From the sequence record PV340856.1: 64,000 nt of DNA; one strand, given 5' to 3'. This document shows positions 61,501-64,000 of the stretch, in pieces. A program made the position numbers and the translations under genes. A model generated the notes under the pieces. That model was not told where the DNA came from, did not search any database, and worked only from the letters and a program-made list of their open reading frames with translations. The stretch's first letter is position 1; every line of letters starts with the position of its first letter.

Positions 61501-64000
61501 AAACTAAGTGTTATTTCTGATATTGATGTTTTGGGTAGAAACAGCATTACTTTAAATGAATTGGTGATGAATGGATTTACACCTGTTACTGTTATTGACA
61601 ATAAAAAATTCACATATAATCTTGATAGAAAACCTCTGGAAAGTCAAAAGTATTTTTCTAGATTGGGTGTTAGTACCATTTTTTATGAAACGACTTCCAG
61701 AAATGCTACTGGACCAGTATATTCAACTAAGACTACTTTTCCTGGTAGGGGATATAAATCTATTCCTTCTACTAATGGATTTTCTAGTCAATCTGGAATT
61801 AATGCGGCTGTTAAAATTATTTCTAATGAAATTGGACAAATTGAATCTTTAGGCAGAATTAAGGATGGATTTGATTATCCAACTGATCCAACTTTGCTTC
61901 CATTTTTGAGTGTTCCAGCGATTATTGATGTTGGAGGTATTCAAAGAATTGGTAACATTGATGTTATTGATGGAGGTGTAAATTATACCCAACCTCCCAA
62001 TTTAGTTGTGAGGGGTAATGATACTGTTGATTTGCAAGCGAGGTTAAATGGAAGCTCTATTGATAAGGTATTTGTTCTTCAGAATGCTTTTGAATTTGAT
62101 GAACCGCTAAGTATTATTCCAGTACAAAACTCTAATGGATTTGATATTGATCAAATTACTCACAATGGAGACACTGTAACTCTTGAACTTCTTTTGGATG
62201 CTCAGTTCAATATTCCAGTCAGAACTGGATATGGATCAACTGATATTGAATTCCCATTTGAAGTTGGAGACTCTATTTTTATTGAGGGATGTAGATTGAC
62301 ACCCGAATCTTTTGATGCTGGTGACATTAACTTCAACTCAGAAAGATTTGATTATAGATTCTTTACTGTTACTGGAGTTGATACTAATAATTTTACTCTC
62401 ACATATAGTCTTGCTGGAATTAACACGGGAAGATTGGGTGCTTATGATGATGATTTTGGACTTGGATATGTTGTTAATTATAAGGACATGGCTAAGTTCC
62501 GAATGAATCTTGTTAACGATGCAAAGTTCTTATCGGAAGAAAGAATTACTTCTAACACATTTGAAGGATTTGTATCTCCTAATGGTTGGAATAGTAGATT
62601 GAATCAACTTAGACTCTCTAATTCTTCTGGCAATTTATCTGTTGGTGATATCATTTATGGAGAACAATCTACTATTTTGGGTAGAGTAGAAGCTGTTAAC
62701 AAATTTAATGTAAGAACTACATTAGGAGTTAGTAGAGAAAAAGTTGCTAAAAATGATAATAGTTCTGGAATTCTAAATGATTTTAGTCAAAGAATTTCTG
62801 ACAACGCATATTATCAGAAATTCTCATATTCTATTAAAGGTAGAGTTCCATATAATACTTGGAGAGAATCTGTAAGATCTATTGTTCATCCATCGGGATT
62901 TCAAGAATTTTGTGATCTTGAGGTTATAAGCACGCCGACTGATAATGTTGGAAGTGCTAGATCTACAACAATGAAAGTGAAACCCGATTCTACTTCAGTT
63001 GAATTGCTTGTAAATATTGATAATGATATTTACTTGCAGGAGAGACAAAATTTTGCTCTTGTAACCGAAGATGATCAAGCTAGGGATGGAAGTATTCAAC
63101 GTATTTTCTTTCCAGAAGGCAGACCAATTAAAAGTTATATTTTAAATAAGACCAATAAAGTTTTGTTGATAGATGATATTTCTGATGGATTTAATGGTGA
63201 TCATGATAGAACAGGAACATTGGTAGGAAATACTGGATTCAAACTTAAAAGTAATGGTAAACCATTATTCAAAGCAGTATTTGATGCTTCTGATAGTAAA
63301 GTCGTTGATATTACAGATAACATTATTAATATACAAAATCACAATTTCCAAACTGGTCAAGAACTATTTTATGATCGCCAAGGTGGAGGTGAAATTGGAA
63401 TTGCAACAACATCTCATGCTTCGGGAGTCCGAGATATTGTGATGAATGTTGAATCTGCATTGGCTGGTTCTGGAGCAATGTTTGAGAATGGTTATAATAT
63501 AGAAATTCCAGAAGGTGGTGTTACTGGTGTTGGTACTATAGTCAATCCCATTGTCACATTTGTTGTATATGGATTTGGAAGTCCTGATGGTGGACTTCCT
63601 GGTATTTCGACCAGAGGAACTGGTGCTAGATTCCAAGTCAAATTCACTTATGAACAAAGCACAGGTCAACCTATTTCTACAAATGTTATTCTTACTAAAG
63701 GTGGAACTGGATACTATGTTGGTGACAATGTAAGTATTGCTGGTACACATCTTGGCGGAACAACTCCTGCAAACGATCTTACATTCCCTGTAACACGTAT
63801 TACTGGTACTAGAACTGGTATTACCACTACTTACCTAGACGTACCATCTACTAGTGATTTGAGCGGTACTGGGGCACGTTTTAACGTTACCCGCGATTCC
63901 AACTTGGATGTCGAAAGTATTGTCGTTGTTAGTGGTGGTAGTGGTTATGTAAGCACCGAAACTATTTCCATTGCTGGAACTTATATCGGAGGCAGTGGAT
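55525..64000 (+). CDS. gp7: baseplate wedge initiator gp7, large cyanophage form with a YHYH-like insert; continues beyond the window (absent from the ORF track)
   Basis: MPELNKVKISQLIESQIPSFL.EESPLF.EFLKQYY; FYSAKGTDSSYQILF; HSPILGWAYDGNPIYGPYG; WRESVRSIVHPSGF. Frame spot-checked open at several points through to 64000. Confidence 0.88.
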   Translation, partial: MPELNKVKISQLIESQIPSFLNEESPLFAEFLKQYYISQEHQSGVTDIAVNLPDYKKISSFNNETLVPYNVLLEDIFAADDTITVQSTVGWPDSYGLLKIDNEIITYKSKTSNQFLDCSRGFSAINKIKQDVNSEFLEFSDSEAEEHSSGSLVYNLSNLFLQEFFSKFKKEFLPGFENRSFVTGTSVQNILTRAKDFYSAKGTDSSYQILFKLLYGEEIQLIKPIDDTIAASSNVYFKTKNVLVENLFDGDPLRTVGNFLFQDVSGIGTVSASIYNVEYRPIDRKDFYEISLDSSSFSGNFEVPGKTKTLEGIPQFSNNILVDSTIGFDQQGSLLIKPTTDSNFIEVSYTDKTINQFLGVSGISTDLVFGAEIFEDKLAFAYAGLGQTSLAQLRIVNIIDSIDTNDTANMSVGDSLKLSTFGVNRGKDSQFNSWIYNIPTIHNIKSVDQLNVNTFRITLFDFVVFYIGEKLNISDGIREIQSEVKDIEYDSSNDEKRLSDKVVVQVSSNIPSNPTLLKKTIVKAEHNLGRFPEITKFPIGIQNSYISADGQDYFITSAGIPNYPIFATDNRKFVKTDINESTDDNGTPINGGGFTYLFKSVDPGSSEAEGTLALNAGDVSIRHNYKTGEKIFWDNIYNSGIQTGVYFVTAISETEFYLSFSGSDVFSKKYIPVRTDSRGQFIVKSGYEGRELSHQKILRKFPYERKVDFFDDPNKRSVKNRPIGILANGVEIFPPTVFDEQIYYGDVVNIKVTNRGKDYDVINGPELVIQDQNGSGCEAFANVSGSFREVRLVSPGIGYQEKPKITIEGGNGTGAVLESNFVKGKLIVNFKADGSSVNSNSETIDFPTRHNFEIGEEVFYDSRGNTPIGNLISGATYFVRPVDDQTISLYETFRDAVNGSNVVNIGSPSFGFHKFTSTKSRNTITRVYVREPGQGYSNRKVIVPSRNTAAGTRSGIDTSDNYVYAREHNFKTGDVVRYSSTESLISGLSSTTEYYVRVLDDNRFKLYDVGIGTTRDTTNFTKNKESIFGDFGSGDHKIYYPPIVVKVESISAIGATTIIQPQLDPVVLGEIDSVFLREGGIGYGSTNIVDFHRRPNVGISTIIFRSLLKPVIVGGSIVDVQILASGRGYRKDSDIFVFGKGDFAQINPIIEDGGIIGVKILDGGAGYDDNTVLDLQNRGTDAKFIADVREWKLNQVVTSSEVISEEDGCLLRPSTDPDLGLQPISMYPPRKLRYQLGDNIDAGNLELSQNAIHSPILGWAYDGNPIYGPYGYENETGGSIVRLTSGYILNDENLDGLRPPGYSLGYFTNDYIFNNSGDLDVHGGRYCVTPQFPNGTYAYFYSIDVDSSGVAEPRYPYLLGTKFKDSPVEENFNTFFNQDIDIFNNNLSRNTGPYFLEFGNSNYDLIDRVDDSYNQKFYVENVKTSGIGSVSIFSRGTGYKVNDVLNIDNTGTDGSSASVIVSSILGKDISNISVGISTYVDTELRVNGRSIVGVTTVPHDINNGETVILSGITTARFSPFFGEQKVSVPSRRVGLSSFVPNVSTTGITTFISVTDTFGFKPGDHIGVGTETMVITDIDLKFKRFRVNRENYVGMAVTHLPSDNSVFLKPVEFEFSAGENVFSYSVKPNRVLYFSPEETVGIGSTGSIYDVINTGIGSVVSQSYDTRYVRARSIFIPNHGLKTGQPIEYNIGIGGTSIVTAKTSAGSTSGVGTSRLQNGSTVYAVNFGTNYLGLSTTGFTTIGDALYFFNVASNIGYAHSFTTKFPRVNARVERYYTEVTTVDNHELVDNDIIKLDSSPVQVENEKIVFDPIIGKITTGKVSFGNTDVSADLTSINIDDETFQSGDKVVFYATDGNVIGGLENNQTYFVLREDPKNIKLVKYKSDVVDSNPIVFTSVPIGTYQIAKINPPLNFTKGNTLVIDVSDVSLSEMKFEVFSDINYLNNLEVTNDNGFAIKREGEPGEDGSTVTIDTRRGYPNKSFYTLTPVIPSDDRKLSVISDIDVLGRNSITLNELVMNGFTPVTVIDNKKFTYNLDRKPLESQKYFSRLGVSTIFYETTSRNATGPVYSTKTTFPGRGYKSIPSTNGFSSQSGINAAVKIISNEIGQIESLGRIKDGFDYPTDPTLLPFLSVPAIIDVGGIQRIGNIDVIDGGVNYTQPPNLVVRGNDTVDLQARLNGSSIDKVFVLQNAFEFDEPLSIIPVQNSNGFDIDQITHNGDTVTLELLLDAQFNIPVRTGYGSTDIEFPFEVGDSIFIEGCRLTPESFDAGDINFNSERFDYRFFTVTGVDTNNFTLTYSLAGINTGRLGAYDDDFGLGYVVNYKDMAKFRMNLVNDAKFLSEERITSNTFEGFVSPNGWNSRLNQLRLSNSSGNLSVGDIIYGEQSTILGRVEAVNKFNVRTTLGVSREKVAKNDNSSGILNDFSQRISDNAYYQKFSYSIKGRVPYNTWRESVRSIVHPSGFQEFCDLEVISTPTDNVGSARSTTMKVKPDSTSVELLVNIDNDIYLQERQNFALVTEDDQARDGSIQRIFFPEGRPIKSYILNKTNKVLLIDDISDGFNGDHDRTGTLVGNTGFKLKSNGKPLFKAVFDASDSKVVDITDNIINIQNHNFQTGQELFYDRQGGGEIGIATTSHASGVRDIVMNVESALAGSGAMFENGYNIEIPEGGVTGVGTIVNPIVTFVVYGFGSPDGGLPGISTRGTGARFQVKFTYEQSTGQPISTNVILTKGGTGYYVGDNVSIAGTHLGGTTPANDLTFPVTRITGTRTGITTTYLDVPSTSDLSGTGARFNVTRDSNLDVESIVVVSGGSGYVSTETISIAGTYIGGSG

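Noticed and set aside
55525-64000. Apparent 8.5-kb gene desert in the ORF track
   Set aside because: It is the open gp7 reading frame, omitted because its stop lies beyond the window; the small ORFs listed there are shadows

Overview
This window is from a T4-like cyanomyovirus (Kyanoviridae-type; host most likely a picocyanobacterium). In order it carries: the gp33-gp59-gp32 replication block; a baseplate/tail block (gp53, 48, 2, 4, 54-like, 26, 51, two muralytic hub proteins, gp5 and neighbours); a five-tRNA cluster; a 2423-aa tail fibre flanked by 2OG-Fe(II) oxygenases; an early/accessory region of many small ORFs behind repeated host-type promoters; and gp25-gp6-gp7, with gp7 running off the end. 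The main hidden feature is a circularly permuted, two-piece tmRNA (ssrA) gene at about 20822-21100 inside the tRNA cluster. It has an intact tRNA-like domain (G3-U70), a P2 helix and the tag reading frame ANNIVAFSRTRELATA*. The ORF just downstream has its stop codon inside tRNA-Asn, so tRNA processing could create a non-stop mRNA. Other leads are a gp38-like glycine-rich adhesin fused to an apparently dead esterase fold, a GmrSD-like DUF262-HNH nuclease, a KxDG ligase-like protein, a repeated dyad-plus-promoter early cassette and a promoter-dense non-coding segment. No integrase, CRISPR array, intron or photosynthesis gene was seen. All family assignments come from motif recognition, not database searches.
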